Below are positions 23,971 to 34,368 of a stretch of DNA of 46,386 bases, in pieces. Source of the DNA: a virus. Lineage: Duplodnaviria > Heunggongvirae > Uroviricota > Caudoviricetes. A model generated the notes under the pieces. That model saw only the letters and a list, made by a program, of their open reading frames with translations. It did not search any database and was not told the DNA's origin. The stretch is from IMG/VR virus record IMGVR_UViG_2913167280_000002; one strand, 5' to 3'. The position numbers and the translations under genes are program-made. Position 1 is the first letter of the stretch. Each line of letters starts with the position of its first letter.

Positions 23971-25343
23971 TGCTTCACCTGAATTACGACATAACGCACC
24001 TACGCGGCGCGGAATATAACCCGCGTTTTATCGGTGAGGATGATCTTGCGAGGCTGGAGGAAAGCGTCAGGGAGCTGGGGCTTGTGAAGCCATTGATAGT
24101 GCGCGGCGATTTGCTGGTGGCGGGACACCAAAGGACGAAGGCGCTACGTAAGTTGGGAATAACGCGTGCTGCGGTGTATGTGTTGCCCTGTGAAACGACG
24201 GTATACGACGAAGTTCGGTTTAACCAACTGCATAACGGAACGGATTTTGATAGCGGAGATGAGCGTTGCAGGGTGTCCGGTCTGGAAGATAAGCATGGTT
24301 TTGTTCAGGTATCGGCAAGCCAGATCTCAGGCAATATGCGCGCGAAAATGGCATATGTTCGAAAGAACATAGCGGAACTGGTTATCAAGTATGGTCCGTG
24401 GGGTGGTTGTGTTGCTACTCAGTCTGGCGAGGTTATTCACTGTGCTCAGTATGCATTAGCAGCGAAGATGACGCGCACACCGCTAACGGTGTTTGTGATC
24501 CCTGATGTTGAGAAGGAAAAATACCAAAGTTATCTGAATAAAACTTATGGTGTATTTGAGTATTCTCATCTGGAGAAAACAACATACATCCAGACGTATG
24601 CGCAGCTTATGCGGTTGCGTAATGGTGGCAGCCTGAAATCAAACCTGTATGAGTCGTTGATCCTCCCGATCATTGCCAAGACGCCAAGAGGAATTGATTT
24701 TGGTTCGGGGCAGGGAGACTACGCGCGAATGCTCAGGGCAAAGGGGTATAACCTGCATGATCTTGAGCTTTTCCGCCGTAAGGGCGCAGGAAACACTCTG
24801 GATAGGGCTGCAACAAACCGAATGATTGATACGCTGGTGGACGACTTAAAAACGCGAGGGCGTTACGACTACGTGATTTGCGATAGCGTTTTGAACTCGG
24901 TCGATAGTGTCGAGGCTGAATGGTCCGTTCTGACGGTTCTGAAAGGCCTGTGTAAAGCTGGTGGGTCAATATTCTTTTCTGGCCGTAGCCGTGGAGAGCT
25001 GGAGAGTGTGCTTAAACGAACGCAAGCTGCTAGCTCTATAAGTCGGCTTTATTTTATTGACCATAACGGTTTTTCTGCTTTGTACCGGAAGGGACACTGG
25101 TTTTATCAGAAGTTTCATTCTGATGAGGAAGTGAAGCAATTGTGCCGTGAGCATAGCTTCAGAATAAAGCGGTCGGTATTTAACGGTAAGAGCTGGTATT
25201 TGCACGTTATTAACGATGATTCTCTTCGCTGGGAGAGTCTGGAGAAAGCTGTTCGTTTTGAGTTTGAGTTGCCGTTGCCTGGTGGTTCAACAATCGGACG
25301 ATCTGATGATGTGTTGGCGGCTTTCCGGCCGTTGATTAAGTAG
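23970..25343 (+). CDS. fusion protein: ParB-like N-terminal domain plus class I SAM-dependent methyltransferase domain
   Basis: N-terminal ParB-like block (LVAGHQRTKALRKLG); C-terminal GIDFGSGQGDY motif I and YDYVICDSVLNSV motif II; no DPPY-type amino-methyltransferase motif seen. Confidence 0.55.
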   Translation: MLHLNYDITHLRGAEYNPRFIGEDDLARLEESVRELGLVKPLIVRGDLLVAGHQRTKALRKLGITRAAVYVLPCETTVYDEVRFNQLHNGTDFDSGDERCRVSGLEDKHGFVQVSASQISGNMRAKMAYVRKNIAELVIKYGPWGGCVATQSGEVIHCAQYALAAKMTRTPLTVFVIPDVEKEKYQSYLNKTYGVFEYSHLEKTTYIQTYAQLMRLRNGGSLKSNLYESLILPIIAKTPRGIDFGSGQGDYARMLRAKGYNLHDLELFRRKGAGNTLDRAATNRMIDTLVDDLKTRGRYDYVICDSVLNSVDSVEAEWSVLTVLKGLCKAGGSIFFSGRSRGELESVLKRTQAASSISRLYFIDHNGFSALYRKGHWFYQKFHSDEEVKQLCREHSFRIKRSVFNGKSWYLHVINDDSLRWESLEKAVRFEFELPLPGGSTIGRSDDVLAAFRPLIK

Positions 25344-25359
25344 TGTGTAGGAGGCGCTG

Positions 25360-26079
25360 GTGGCTGACAGAATTGAGATAAAGATGGATTTTTCTTCTCA
25401 GGATATTCAACGACAACTCCAGCGCCTTGAAGAACGCGAATTGCCATTCGCAATGGCGCTTGCGGCAACCAGAACGGCAAAGGCTTCTCAGGCTGCGATT
25501 AAGAATGAAATTAATCGGGTATTTGACAGGCCCACGCCGTGGATTCAGAACTCTACTTACGTTTTGGCCGCAAAGAAGAGTGATCCTACAGCCATTGTGT
25601 ATGCTCGTGAATGGGGAGGAACGCCAGCCCCTGTAACGTTGACTCCGCAAATCGAAGGTGGCCAACGACAGTACAAACGCTCAGAAGGGGCGCTAAGGGC
25701 TGGTGGATATTTGCCTAACGGCTGGCAGCTTGCTCCTGGTCCCGGCGCAAAGCTGGACAAATACGGGAATATTTCGCGGGGGCAATTACAGCAGGTCTTA
25801 TCTGGCCTAAGAGTTCAGCGAGATGCGCATCAAAATCGCCGTCAGGGCAAGCCTACGGAGTTTTTTGTTGTTCGACCTGGTACAAGTAACCCGCTTCAAC
25901 CAGGCGTCTGGCAGCGCGTTGGGCGGCGTCCTACGTTGATCCTTACGTTTATCCAGCAACCTAACTATTCGCAGCGTCTTGATTGGCATGGCGTGGCGCT
26001 ACGTGCTGGTGAGGATGCGTTTGCTGATGAAGTCACAAAGGCTATTGATGACATTCTTTCTAAGACGTTCTCTCGTTAA
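25360..26079 (+). CDS. hypothetical protein
   Basis: GTG start with AGGAGG RBS. Confidence 0.4.
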   Translation: MADRIEIKMDFSSQDIQRQLQRLEERELPFAMALAATRTAKASQAAIKNEINRVFDRPTPWIQNSTYVLAAKKSDPTAIVYAREWGGTPAPVTLTPQIEGGQRQYKRSEGALRAGGYLPNGWQLAPGPGAKLDKYGNISRGQLQQVLSGLRVQRDAHQNRRQGKPTEFFVVRPGTSNPLQPGVWQRVGRRPTLILTFIQQPNYSQRLDWHGVALRAGEDAFADEVTKAIDDILSKTFSR

Positions 26080-26635
26080 TCATCGTGTGGTTGATGGTGT
26101 TGTTATGCAGGGTGTATTCACTGTGTTCTGTAGCGTCGCTCGCTGGCTGTCTGTGGGTGAGCACGAGCATCGTTTCATCGTCCGGCAGAATTGGGTCCTT
26201 CTGGCCAAAAGCGTTGGATGCGGGTCATTCGAACCCCGATGTTCGGCTAGCTAAACGTGAAAAAAGTTAGGTTAAAAGTTGCGGTAAAAGAAATTTACTC
26301 ATCTCATTGAAAAATATCGGGAAAACGTGATTTTTTGCTGTATTTGTGCTGGTAAAAAGAAAGTAGAAAATTTTCTTTTAGATCATCAAGATACGCGCAG
26401 ATCTTTAACCAATGTGATGTTGTTCTGATAAAAATCGTTATAAATCATGCAAATACATCCAATCTTTTAACCAAAACACCATCTCAAGATCCTTTTCACT
26501 TATAAAAACTTAATAAAATCAGATAATTATGCTGGTTTGTGTGATTTTTTATGAGTAAAAAGATCGTCATTTTCTCTTTTAGTATCAATAAGTTAAACAG
26601 TTTTCTTTAACCTGTTGTGTTATGGCGGTTAAAAA

Positions 26636-27226
26636 ATGGCTCTAAAAATCGAATATTTACCAGTCGGTAAGCTGCTCAGATACGCCAAAAATTCACGGAC
26701 TCATTCAGATGAGCAGGTTGAACAGTTGGTGAACAGTATCCGTGAGTTCGGTTTCACTAATCCTGTGCTGATCGATGAAAAGAATGAACTGATTGCGGGG
26801 CATGGTCGGCTTGCAGCAGCCGAAATTCTGGAAATGGATAAAGTTCCGGCGATTCGGTTGAGTAACCTTTCTGAAAAACAGAAGAAGGCTTACAGGATTG
26901 CAGATAACAAGCTGGCCTTAAATGCTGGCTGGGATATGCAGCTTCTGGCCGAAGAAGTCAAAGAGTTAATGGATGATGATTTTGATATTGATCTGCTTGG
27001 GTTTAATGATGCAGAACTTGACGAAATGTTAAGCGATGAACAGCCGCAGGAAGAAGACGATAATTCTTCCCCTGTTGTTCAAATTAAGTACCTGGCTATT
27101 GATAAAGAACGTATTCCCGCGACGGATATGGAAATTGCATTGTTGCTGGATGTTTATCGTCAGTACCACGACGCGCATGAAACGCATGAGGGATTTGTTC
27201 AGTATCTTGCTAATGGTTGCAAGTAA
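26636..27226 (+). CDS. ParB-like nuclease-domain protein (second paralog)
   Basis: Same domain pattern as the 23347 protein; its stop overlaps the terminase small subunit start. Confidence 0.6.
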   Translation: MALKIEYLPVGKLLRYAKNSRTHSDEQVEQLVNSIREFGFTNPVLIDEKNELIAGHGRLAAAEILEMDKVPAIRLSNLSEKQKKAYRIADNKLALNAGWDMQLLAEEVKELMDDDFDIDLLGFNDAELDEMLSDEQPQEEDDNSSPVVQIKYLAIDKERIPATDMEIALLLDVYRQYHDAHETHEGFVQYLANGCK

Positions 27227-27777
27227 TGGCCATCGTCAGTAAGTCAGAGTTTGCCCGCCGGAAAGGTATTTCTCCGGCAATGGTTACGAAGCTCTGTCGT
27301 TCCGGTCGCATTCCAGTGCTGAAAAGCGGCAAGCTGGATTTTGATAAAGCTAGTGCGGCTTATGAAGCGAGCCGACAGGTTGGTCGTGAGGTATCTGCTG
27401 AAAACGGAAAAAGAGGGCATGGGATATCTTCGGAACAACCAGAGTTACCCGCTGATGATGCCGGATTAGCTGGTGGTACTTCCGGTGTTGCGGTGCAATT
27501 CAACAAGGCTAAGACCGCAGAAAAAATTTATCAGGCAAAGCTGAAACGCCTTGAATTTGAAGAAAAGGAAGGCTCTCTCATCGCTAAAGATGCGGTCAGG
27601 GATGATGCATTTCTGGCAGCTAATGAATTGCGTAGCCGCTTATTTAGTATTGCTCCAAGAGCAGCTCCCCGTTGTGAAGGCAAAACAGCCAGGGAGATCG
27701 AACGCATTATTGAAGACGAGATTAATTTTGCGCTTCAGGCGCTCCAGGAATCCCGATTTATTAAGCAGGAAGAATAA
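27226..27777 (+). CDS. terminase small subunit (lambda Nu1-like)
   Basis: N-terminal HTH (SKSEFARRKGISPAMVTKLCRSGRIPV) resembling the Nu1 N-terminus; directly upstream of the large subunit. Confidence 0.55.
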   Translation: MAIVSKSEFARRKGISPAMVTKLCRSGRIPVLKSGKLDFDKASAAYEASRQVGREVSAENGKRGHGISSEQPELPADDAGLAGGTSGVAVQFNKAKTAEKIYQAKLKRLEFEEKEGSLIAKDAVRDDAFLAANELRSRLFSIAPRAAPRCEGKTAREIERIIEDEINFALQALQESRFIKQEE

Positions 27778-27782
27778 ACCTC

Positions 27783-29639
27783 ATGGGCGAAACAGTATGG
27801 AGCACCGCTTTTTTCCGTGCGCTTCGCCCTAAATCACGGCTAACTGTTTCCGAATGGGCTGATAAGTATCGTCATGTAGCGCCGGGAACGTCTCCAGAGC
27901 CAGGGCCGTGGCGTACAAGCCGAGTGCCATATTTGCGTGAACCAATGGATGTTATTGGTGACGCTGATACAGAAACAGTAGTGATGCAATGTAGCTCGCA
28001 AATTGGTAAATCCGAATTACAGCTAAATGTTATGGGTTACTTTGCAGATCAGGAGCCATCTCCTCAGTTGATGATTTATCCAACGGTAGAGGCGGCTGAG
28101 GCTTTTTCAAAAGAGCGTATTGATCCGACGTTCAAATATTCCCCTGGTTTGAAACACAAGCTGCATGAAGGGAAAGAGGGGCGCGGTGCAGCCAAAAAGT
28201 CCAGCACGACTATACGTATGAAGCATTACGCTGGTGGATATATAGCACTTGTTGGTGCTAATTCCCCAGCAGGTCTTGCATCCAGGCCAATTCGAATACT
28301 GTTAGCTGATGAGATTGATCGTTACGGTGTGACGCAGGAGGGCGACCCACTAAAACTAGGTATTCAGCGTACTACCAACTTTCATAATCGTAAGAAAGTT
28401 TTTGTTTCTACTCCTGTTTTGGAGGAAACGAGCAAAATCCACAAGTGGTTTAAGCTCTCCGATCAGCGTTACTACCATGTTCCTTGCCCATGTTGTGGCA
28501 CCATGCAGGTGATGAAATGGTCGCAAGTCAGATGGGATAAGAGCGATTCAGGTGAGGCGTTACCGGAAACGGCCAGATATGAGTGCTGTGAGTGCGGCGG
28601 GATTATGCGCGGATCTGGTAAACCAGACGTTGATTGGTTGGCGAAGGGGGTATGGATAGCTGAACATACTGGAGTTAAAGGTATTGTTGGTTTTCATATT
28701 AACAGTCTTTACTCCCCGTGGGTTGCATTGTCAGAGCTGGTTGAAGAATTTACGGAAGCAACCAGAAACCGCGATAAAAATGGATTAATGGAGTTTATTA
28801 ACCTTAAGCTGGGTGAGCCATGGAAAGAGGATGCTAAAGACGATATCGATCCTGAATACTTGTTGCAACGCAGAATAAGGTTTGAAGAGTTTTTACCAGA
28901 TGATGTTTTATTGTTAAGTGCAGGTGTTGACGTACAGGACACGTATTTAGTTTGTGAATTGGTCGGTTGGGGAAAAGGTAAGGAATCATGGGGGATTGAA
29001 TATAAAATATTTCCTGGCGATCCCGCACAAGATGTTGTCTGGAAACAACTTGATGAATACTTACTCCGTAGCTGGTCATTTCGTGACGGTCGAAAATTAC
29101 AGATTTCTTCCGTTTGTATTGACTCTGGTGGGCATTTTACGACAGAGGTATATCGCTTTACTAAGCCGCGAGAATCAAGGCGAATATACTCTATCAGAGG
29201 TCGTGGTGGGGTAGGTTTACCGTTTATAGGAAAGCCAAGCAATAATAACCGTGTAGGCGCTATGTTGTTTAATTTGGGGGTTGATGATGGTAAAGGAACC
29301 ATCATGGCACGAATTAAGCTACATGATCCTGGTCCTGGTTATATGCATTTCCCATTAGATTCTGACAGAGGATATGATACCGAATACTTTAAAGGGCTAT
29401 TATCAGAGAAAAAAATATTTGAATATAAAAATGGGCAGACAAAAGAAAAGTGGGTGAAAGTCTACGAGCGTAACGAGCCTCTTGATTGCCGTAACTATGC
29501 AACTGCTGCGATGGAAATTCTGAACCCTAATTTTAACTGGCTTGCCGAACAGGAAATGCGAGGTAATGTGTATGTGCAGAACTCGTCAGGTATACGTAGA
29601 AGACGCCGTAGAGTTATAAGTAAAGGCGTAACCATATAG
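27783..29639 (+). CDS. terminase large subunit (lambda gpA family)
   Basis: 618 aa in the packaging-gene position with gpA-like N-terminal region. Confidence 0.8.
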   Translation: MGETVWSTAFFRALRPKSRLTVSEWADKYRHVAPGTSPEPGPWRTSRVPYLREPMDVIGDADTETVVMQCSSQIGKSELQLNVMGYFADQEPSPQLMIYPTVEAAEAFSKERIDPTFKYSPGLKHKLHEGKEGRGAAKKSSTTIRMKHYAGGYIALVGANSPAGLASRPIRILLADEIDRYGVTQEGDPLKLGIQRTTNFHNRKKVFVSTPVLEETSKIHKWFKLSDQRYYHVPCPCCGTMQVMKWSQVRWDKSDSGEALPETARYECCECGGIMRGSGKPDVDWLAKGVWIAEHTGVKGIVGFHINSLYSPWVALSELVEEFTEATRNRDKNGLMEFINLKLGEPWKEDAKDDIDPEYLLQRRIRFEEFLPDDVLLLSAGVDVQDTYLVCELVGWGKGKESWGIEYKIFPGDPAQDVVWKQLDEYLLRSWSFRDGRKLQISSVCIDSGGHFTTEVYRFTKPRESRRIYSIRGRGGVGLPFIGKPSNNNRVGAMLFNLGVDDGKGTIMARIKLHDPGPGYMHFPLDSDRGYDTEYFKGLLSEKKIFEYKNGQTKEKWVKVYERNEPLDCRNYATAAMEILNPNFNWLAEQEMRGNVYVQNSSGIRRRRRRVISKGVTI

Positions 29640-29650
29640 AGGAAATATAA

Positions 29651-29890
29651 ATGAACAATGAAGCATTTTCTCTGACTGAGGCCAGAGAGATGTTATCTGT
29701 CTGGCGGGAAGCATATCGCGCTATTGCTATTGGCGGTCAGTCATATAAATTTGGCACGCGGCAGTTAACTCGTGCGGATTTATCAGAAGTCAGAAAAGAG
29801 ATGGATTACTGGCGTAATGAAGTAGAAAGATTATCAGCAGGTATACGCCGAGGCCCACGAATTAAACGAGTGGTGATAAGAGATTTATGA
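29651..29890 (+). CDS. head-tail joining protein (lambda gpW-like)
   Basis: 79 aa between terminase and portal, the gpW position in lambda. Confidence 0.5.
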   Translation: MNNEAFSLTEAREMLSVWREAYRAIAIGGQSYKFGTRQLTRADLSEVRKEMDYWRNEVERLSAGIRRGPRIKRVVIRDL

Positions 29891-31461
29891 ATATTCTTGA
29901 TCGAGTTATTGCACCGTTTTCACCTCAGAGGGCATTAAATCGAGCTTTGGCAAGAAAACGGTTAGAAGCACTTGAAAGTATTAATAACCTTGGATATTCA
30001 CGTCATGGTGCAAGCACTCATAAAAAATCATTAAGGGGTTGGTTTAGTAAAGCTGGTTCTCCTGATGATGATATTGTTAAAAATATAGATAAATTGCGTG
30101 AGCGTTCTCGTGATCTCTTCATGGGAAACCCGCTATCGGTTGGCGCAATAAAAACTATCAGGACAAACGTTGTTGGTTCCGGTTTAAAACTAAATGCGAA
30201 CATTGATGCCGATTTTTTGGGGATGACGCAGGAAGAAGCGCGGGCATGGGAAAAGCATGTTGAGCGTGAGTTTAGATTATGGGCTGATTCTCCAAATTGT
30301 GATGCATCAAGAATGTGTACTTTTGGACAATTGCAATCATTGGTCCAAATATCTGCGTTAACATCTGGCGATATATTTGCTGCGCTACCAGTTATTAAGC
30401 GTAAGGGTGTTATATATGATTTGTGCGTCTATTTGATTGAAGGTGATCGTGTTTGCAATCCAGAGGATCGTTTTATACCAAATCTTTACGGTGGCGTAGA
30501 GGTTGGTGAATTTAGCGAGCCTGTGGCGTACTGGGTTGCAAAACATCACCCAGCCGGGACTTCTGGTTTTGTAACCCGCAAGTGGGAACGTATTCCCGCA
30601 TATGGGAGTAAAACAGGAAGAAGAAATATTCTGCATGTTATGCAGGATTTTGAAAGGCCTGGGCAACGCCGTGGCGTTCCTGTCCTTGCTCCTGTAATTG
30701 AAGCATTGAAGCAGTTAGGACGATACACCGATGCTGAATTGGTTGCTGCGGTTGTGTCAGGGATGTTTACAGTTTTTATTAAAACAGACGCTCCTGATGG
30801 ACCAGTAGGTGAATCAGGTATCCCTCAGTACGAGCAGATCGATAACCATGATGATAACACCCAAGAAATGGGGAATGGCTCCATAGTAAGTTTGGGGGAA
30901 GGTGAGTCGATAGATACAGCAAATCCCGGGCGACCAAATACGGCATTTGATGGTTTTGTTGTCGCTATATGCCGTCAAATTGGGGCTGCTTTAGAACTCC
31001 CTTACGAACTCTTGGTAAAGCATTTTACAGCAAGTTATAGCGCAAGCAGGGCCGCATTACTTGAAGCCTGGAAAATGTTCCGTATGCGACGTGACTGGAT
31101 GGTTCAGTCATTTTGCCAACCGATCTATGAGGAATGGTTGGCTGAAGCTGTTGCTAAAGGTCGTGTTATTGCCCCTGGTTTTTTTTATGGGCCAGAATAT
31201 CGCGCTGCATGGAGTGGCGCTCAATGGTATGGCCCATCACAAGGTCAATTAGATCCCCTTAAAGAAGTCAAAGCTGCAAAACTGCGTGTTGAAGAAACAT
31301 TCTCTACCCGTGAAAAAGAAGCGGCTGAAATGTCAGGTCTTAACTGGGAAGAAACCGCACAAATTTGTGGCAGGGAGGAGAGTGCTCGCCGTGAATTGGG
31401 GCTGATTACGCCTCCTGTTTCTGAGGTAAATGAACAAAATATGGAGACAGATGATGCCTAA
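29887..31461 (+). CDS. portal protein (lambda gpB family)
   Basis: 524 aa following terminase and gpW-like genes. Confidence 0.75.
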   Translation: MNILDRVIAPFSPQRALNRALARKRLEALESINNLGYSRHGASTHKKSLRGWFSKAGSPDDDIVKNIDKLRERSRDLFMGNPLSVGAIKTIRTNVVGSGLKLNANIDADFLGMTQEEARAWEKHVEREFRLWADSPNCDASRMCTFGQLQSLVQISALTSGDIFAALPVIKRKGVIYDLCVYLIEGDRVCNPEDRFIPNLYGGVEVGEFSEPVAYWVAKHHPAGTSGFVTRKWERIPAYGSKTGRRNILHVMQDFERPGQRRGVPVLAPVIEALKQLGRYTDAELVAAVVSGMFTVFIKTDAPDGPVGESGIPQYEQIDNHDDNTQEMGNGSIVSLGEGESIDTANPGRPNTAFDGFVVAICRQIGAALELPYELLVKHFTASYSASRAALLEAWKMFRMRRDWMVQSFCQPIYEEWLAEAVAKGRVIAPGFFYGPEYRAAWSGAQWYGPSQGQLDPLKEVKAAKLRVEETFSTREKEAAEMSGLNWEETAQICGREESARRELGLITPPVSEVNEQNMETDDA

Positions 31462-32518
31462 TTGGTGGGAAATAAAAAATAGCACGGGTGAAGATGACTC
31501 ACCGGCTGAACTTTTAATCTACGGATATATTGGCGAATTTGATGAGGTTTCTTCTTCTGATATAGTGAATAAGTTAAAGGATATTTCATCAAATACTATC
31601 AACGTAAAAATTAATAGTTATGGCGGTTCTGTTTTTACTGCTCAAGCTATTCTTTCATCATTAAAACGCCATAAGGCGAATATTACTGTTTATATCGACG
31701 GCATTGCTGCATCGGCTGCAACTATTATTGCAATGGCGGGTGATAAAATTATTATTCCATCTAATGCTATGATGATGATCCATAATCCGTGGACATGGGC
31801 AATGGGGGATGCGGATGAATTGCGTGATATTGCTGAGATGATGGATAAGATACGAAATAGTATTTTATCTGCATATAAGGAGAAAACAGGGCTTTCTGAG
31901 GATAAATTAATTGAACTAATGGATCAGGAAACATGGCTAAATGCAGAAGAAGCTGTTGAGCTTGGCTTTGCTGACGAGGTTGAAAAACCAATACGGCTAT
32001 CTGCTTCCATAAAGGAAGGGATGCTTTCGCTCAATGGAATAACTTTTGAAGCATCAAGGTTTTCAAAATTACCTGATTCGCTCGCAAAGTTGCCACAAAA
32101 TAAAAATGAATTATCTACTGAATTAAATGAACAAAATGAGGACGATGTTGTGACTCTTGATGAATTAAAGAATAAACATCCAGAATTATACAATCAGGTT
32201 TTTAATGCTGGTAAAGACGAGGGCGTTAAATCAGAGCGCGAGCGCATTGAGACAATCGAGAATAGCGTGATTCCAGGTCATGACGACCTAGTTAAGAATG
32301 CAAAATTCAAAACGGGTGTTTCTGCTGCTGAACTTGCTTTGGAAATTATGAATGCAGAGCGAGCGCGTAACAAAAACTTTCTTAATCAACGTCAAGAAGA
32401 CGCAAATGAGGTGAATGATTCAGTTGATGTTAATCAACCAGAAAACAACGGCGATAAACAAGCTGAAGCAGTAAAAAATGTTATTGGATCAGTATTTAAA
32501 AACCGCGATAAAAATTAA
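31451..32518 (+). CDS. ClpP-like head maturation protease with C-terminal scaffold-like region
   Basis: ClpP-type GIAASAAT serine and MMMIHNP histidine motifs; acidic low-complexity C-terminus. Confidence 0.65.
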   Translation: MMPNWWEIKNSTGEDDSPAELLIYGYIGEFDEVSSSDIVNKLKDISSNTINVKINSYGGSVFTAQAILSSLKRHKANITVYIDGIAASAATIIAMAGDKIIIPSNAMMMIHNPWTWAMGDADELRDIAEMMDKIRNSILSAYKEKTGLSEDKLIELMDQETWLNAEEAVELGFADEVEKPIRLSASIKEGMLSLNGITFEASRFSKLPDSLAKLPQNKNELSTELNEQNEDDVVTLDELKNKHPELYNQVFNAGKDEGVKSERERIETIENSVIPGHDDLVKNAKFKTGVSAAELALEIMNAERARNKNFLNQRQEDANEVNDSVDVNQPENNGDKQAEAVKNVIGSVFKNRDKN

Positions 32519-32527
32519 GGTGAGTTT

Positions 32528-32911
32528 ATGCGAGAGTCTTTTTCATTTGAACCAGATAATCTGATTATTTCTGGTGGTATGCCAGCAATTTCAACAAGTA
32601 TTAAACTTGCCAGCGGTAAAGTAAAACGAGGTGAGTTACTTGCTTTTGTCAGTATTGATCAGACAACAAATGTTGTCACTGTGGCTCCGATAAATCTCTC
32701 TGGAGAGGGAGTGGCAAAAGAACCGTATTGTATTGCTCAACACAGTATTGATGCGACTGATTCAGCGCAAGTAGGAACAGCATGGTTGACCGGAATGTTC
32801 AATGCACGTGCGGTTATCCTTCCTGAATCAGCAAAGGTTGCCGATGTATATCTGGCTTGCCGGAAGGTTGGAATATTCCTTAATACCGCACAACAAAATC
32901 CATCTGCATAA
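32528..32911 (+). CDS. head decoration protein (lambda gpD-like)
   Basis: 127 aa immediately upstream of the major capsid gene. Confidence 0.6.
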   Translation: MRESFSFEPDNLIISGGMPAISTSIKLASGKVKRGELLAFVSIDQTTNVVTVAPINLSGEGVAKEPYCIAQHSIDATDSAQVGTAWLTGMFNARAVILPESAKVADVYLACRKVGIFLNTAQQNPSA

Positions 32912-32931
32912 TATAAAGAGGTCGTATTTTT

Positions 32932-33975
32932 ATGCCGAATATTGATATTTTTGAACGACGTACAATGCTTGAGCCTGTTATTCAGAATTTCAAGGCTCGT
33001 CGTTTTCTTCTTCGTACTTTTTTTCCTGGTGTTCAGACCTTTAATTCAAAGAAAGTTGATCTGGATTTTGTTCGCGGTGGCCGTACTATGGCTCCGTTTG
33101 TTGGTAAAGGTTTTGGCTCAAAAACCGTTGAGCGACGCGGCTTTGTAACGAGAACTCTGGAGCCACCACTTGTTGCACCTGATTTGGTAACAACAGCAGA
33201 GCTGCTTTTAAACAGGCTTCCGGGTGAGAATATTTACAACGCAAAATCGCCAGCAGAACGAGCCGCCGAGCAATTAGGTAAAGATTTGCTTGAGCTTGAT
33301 GAAATGGTTAACCGCCGTGAAGAATGGATGTGTGCACAAGTCTTGTTTACGGGGCAGGTTGATATTGTTGGTGAAGGAGTGGATAACACAGTTTATTTTT
33401 GGCCTGAAGAGGAAGGAGATAAACCATATCTTGAACTGACAGGTGATGATTTATGGAGTGCAGCAAAATCAGATCCGTTGGTCAATGTTCGCAACTGGAA
33501 ACGTCGTGTATCACTAACTTCAGGTTTTACTCCTCGTGTTGCCGTAATGGGGGCAAAAGTTGTTGATGCATTCGTTAAAAATGAAGCAGTAACTAAATAT
33601 CTTGATAATCGCCGAAAAGAGTTTGGGTATATTAAGCCAGAGGACTTAGAAGAAGGCGTAACTCATTATGGTAATGTTGAGGGACTCGATTTTTATGGTT
33701 ACGACGAGCTTATTCTCAGTGATAAAACAGGAAAGCCAGAACCATTAGTGCCGGAGGATAAGATTCTCCTTGGCTCTCCGGGGCGGGGAACGATGCTGTA
33801 TGGAGCTGTAGAACTTGTAGATGAGGTTGAAAAGTCTCTGACTATTGTTGAGTCACCACGAGTTCCAGACACCTGGGTATCTCGTAAGGCGGGAGGCCGT
33901 TATGTTGCCATGAAGTCATCTCCACTGCCTAATCCTGGTGTAGCTGACGCCTATCTGGTGGCTAAGGTGGTTTAA
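32932..33975 (+). CDS. major capsid protein (lambda gpE family)
   Basis: 347 aa in the capsid position of the head module. Confidence 0.7.
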   Translation: MPNIDIFERRTMLEPVIQNFKARRFLLRTFFPGVQTFNSKKVDLDFVRGGRTMAPFVGKGFGSKTVERRGFVTRTLEPPLVAPDLVTTAELLLNRLPGENIYNAKSPAERAAEQLGKDLLELDEMVNRREEWMCAQVLFTGQVDIVGEGVDNTVYFWPEEEGDKPYLELTGDDLWSAAKSDPLVNVRNWKRRVSLTSGFTPRVAVMGAKVVDAFVKNEAVTKYLDNRRKEFGYIKPEDLEEGVTHYGNVEGLDFYGYDELILSDKTGKPEPLVPEDKILLGSPGRGTMLYGAVELVDEVEKSLTIVESPRVPDTWVSRKAGGRYVAMKSSPLPNPGVADAYLVAKVV

Positions 33976-34368
33976 ATGGCCAGACTGGTTAAAAACATTG
34001 ATACGATAAGCCACGGCTCGCTAAAAGCGGGCCGTTTGCTTAATGGGCTAATGGATAACTCCAGGATTGCCGAACTGATTGCGTCAGGACATGCTATTGC
34101 CACCGAAGGGGATGGTGATTTGGCATCGGCTGGGAGCTATGATGCGGCTAAGTTAGCTTTTGAGCATGGATACGCATCTGCTGTTAATGATGCTGTGGCC
34201 GCGGGGTTGATTACGCGAACGGAGGCGTGTAGCTGTGTATTCGAGGTTGAGTTTGAGGATGATGGCGGCAATGAGGAAACAGTTGCTGATGATTCATCTG
34301 AATCTGTAGCTACTTCTGATACCAGTAATGCGAAAAAATCAACGCAAAAAAAAGGTAATAAGAAGTAA
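33976..34368 (+). CDS. hypothetical head-module protein
   Basis: Between capsid and tail genes. Confidence 0.4.
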   Translation: MARLVKNIDTISHGSLKAGRLLNGLMDNSRIAELIASGHAIATEGDGDLASAGSYDAAKLAFEHGYASAVNDAVAAGLITRTEACSCVFEVEFEDDGGNEETVADDSSESVATSDTSNAKKSTQKKGNKK

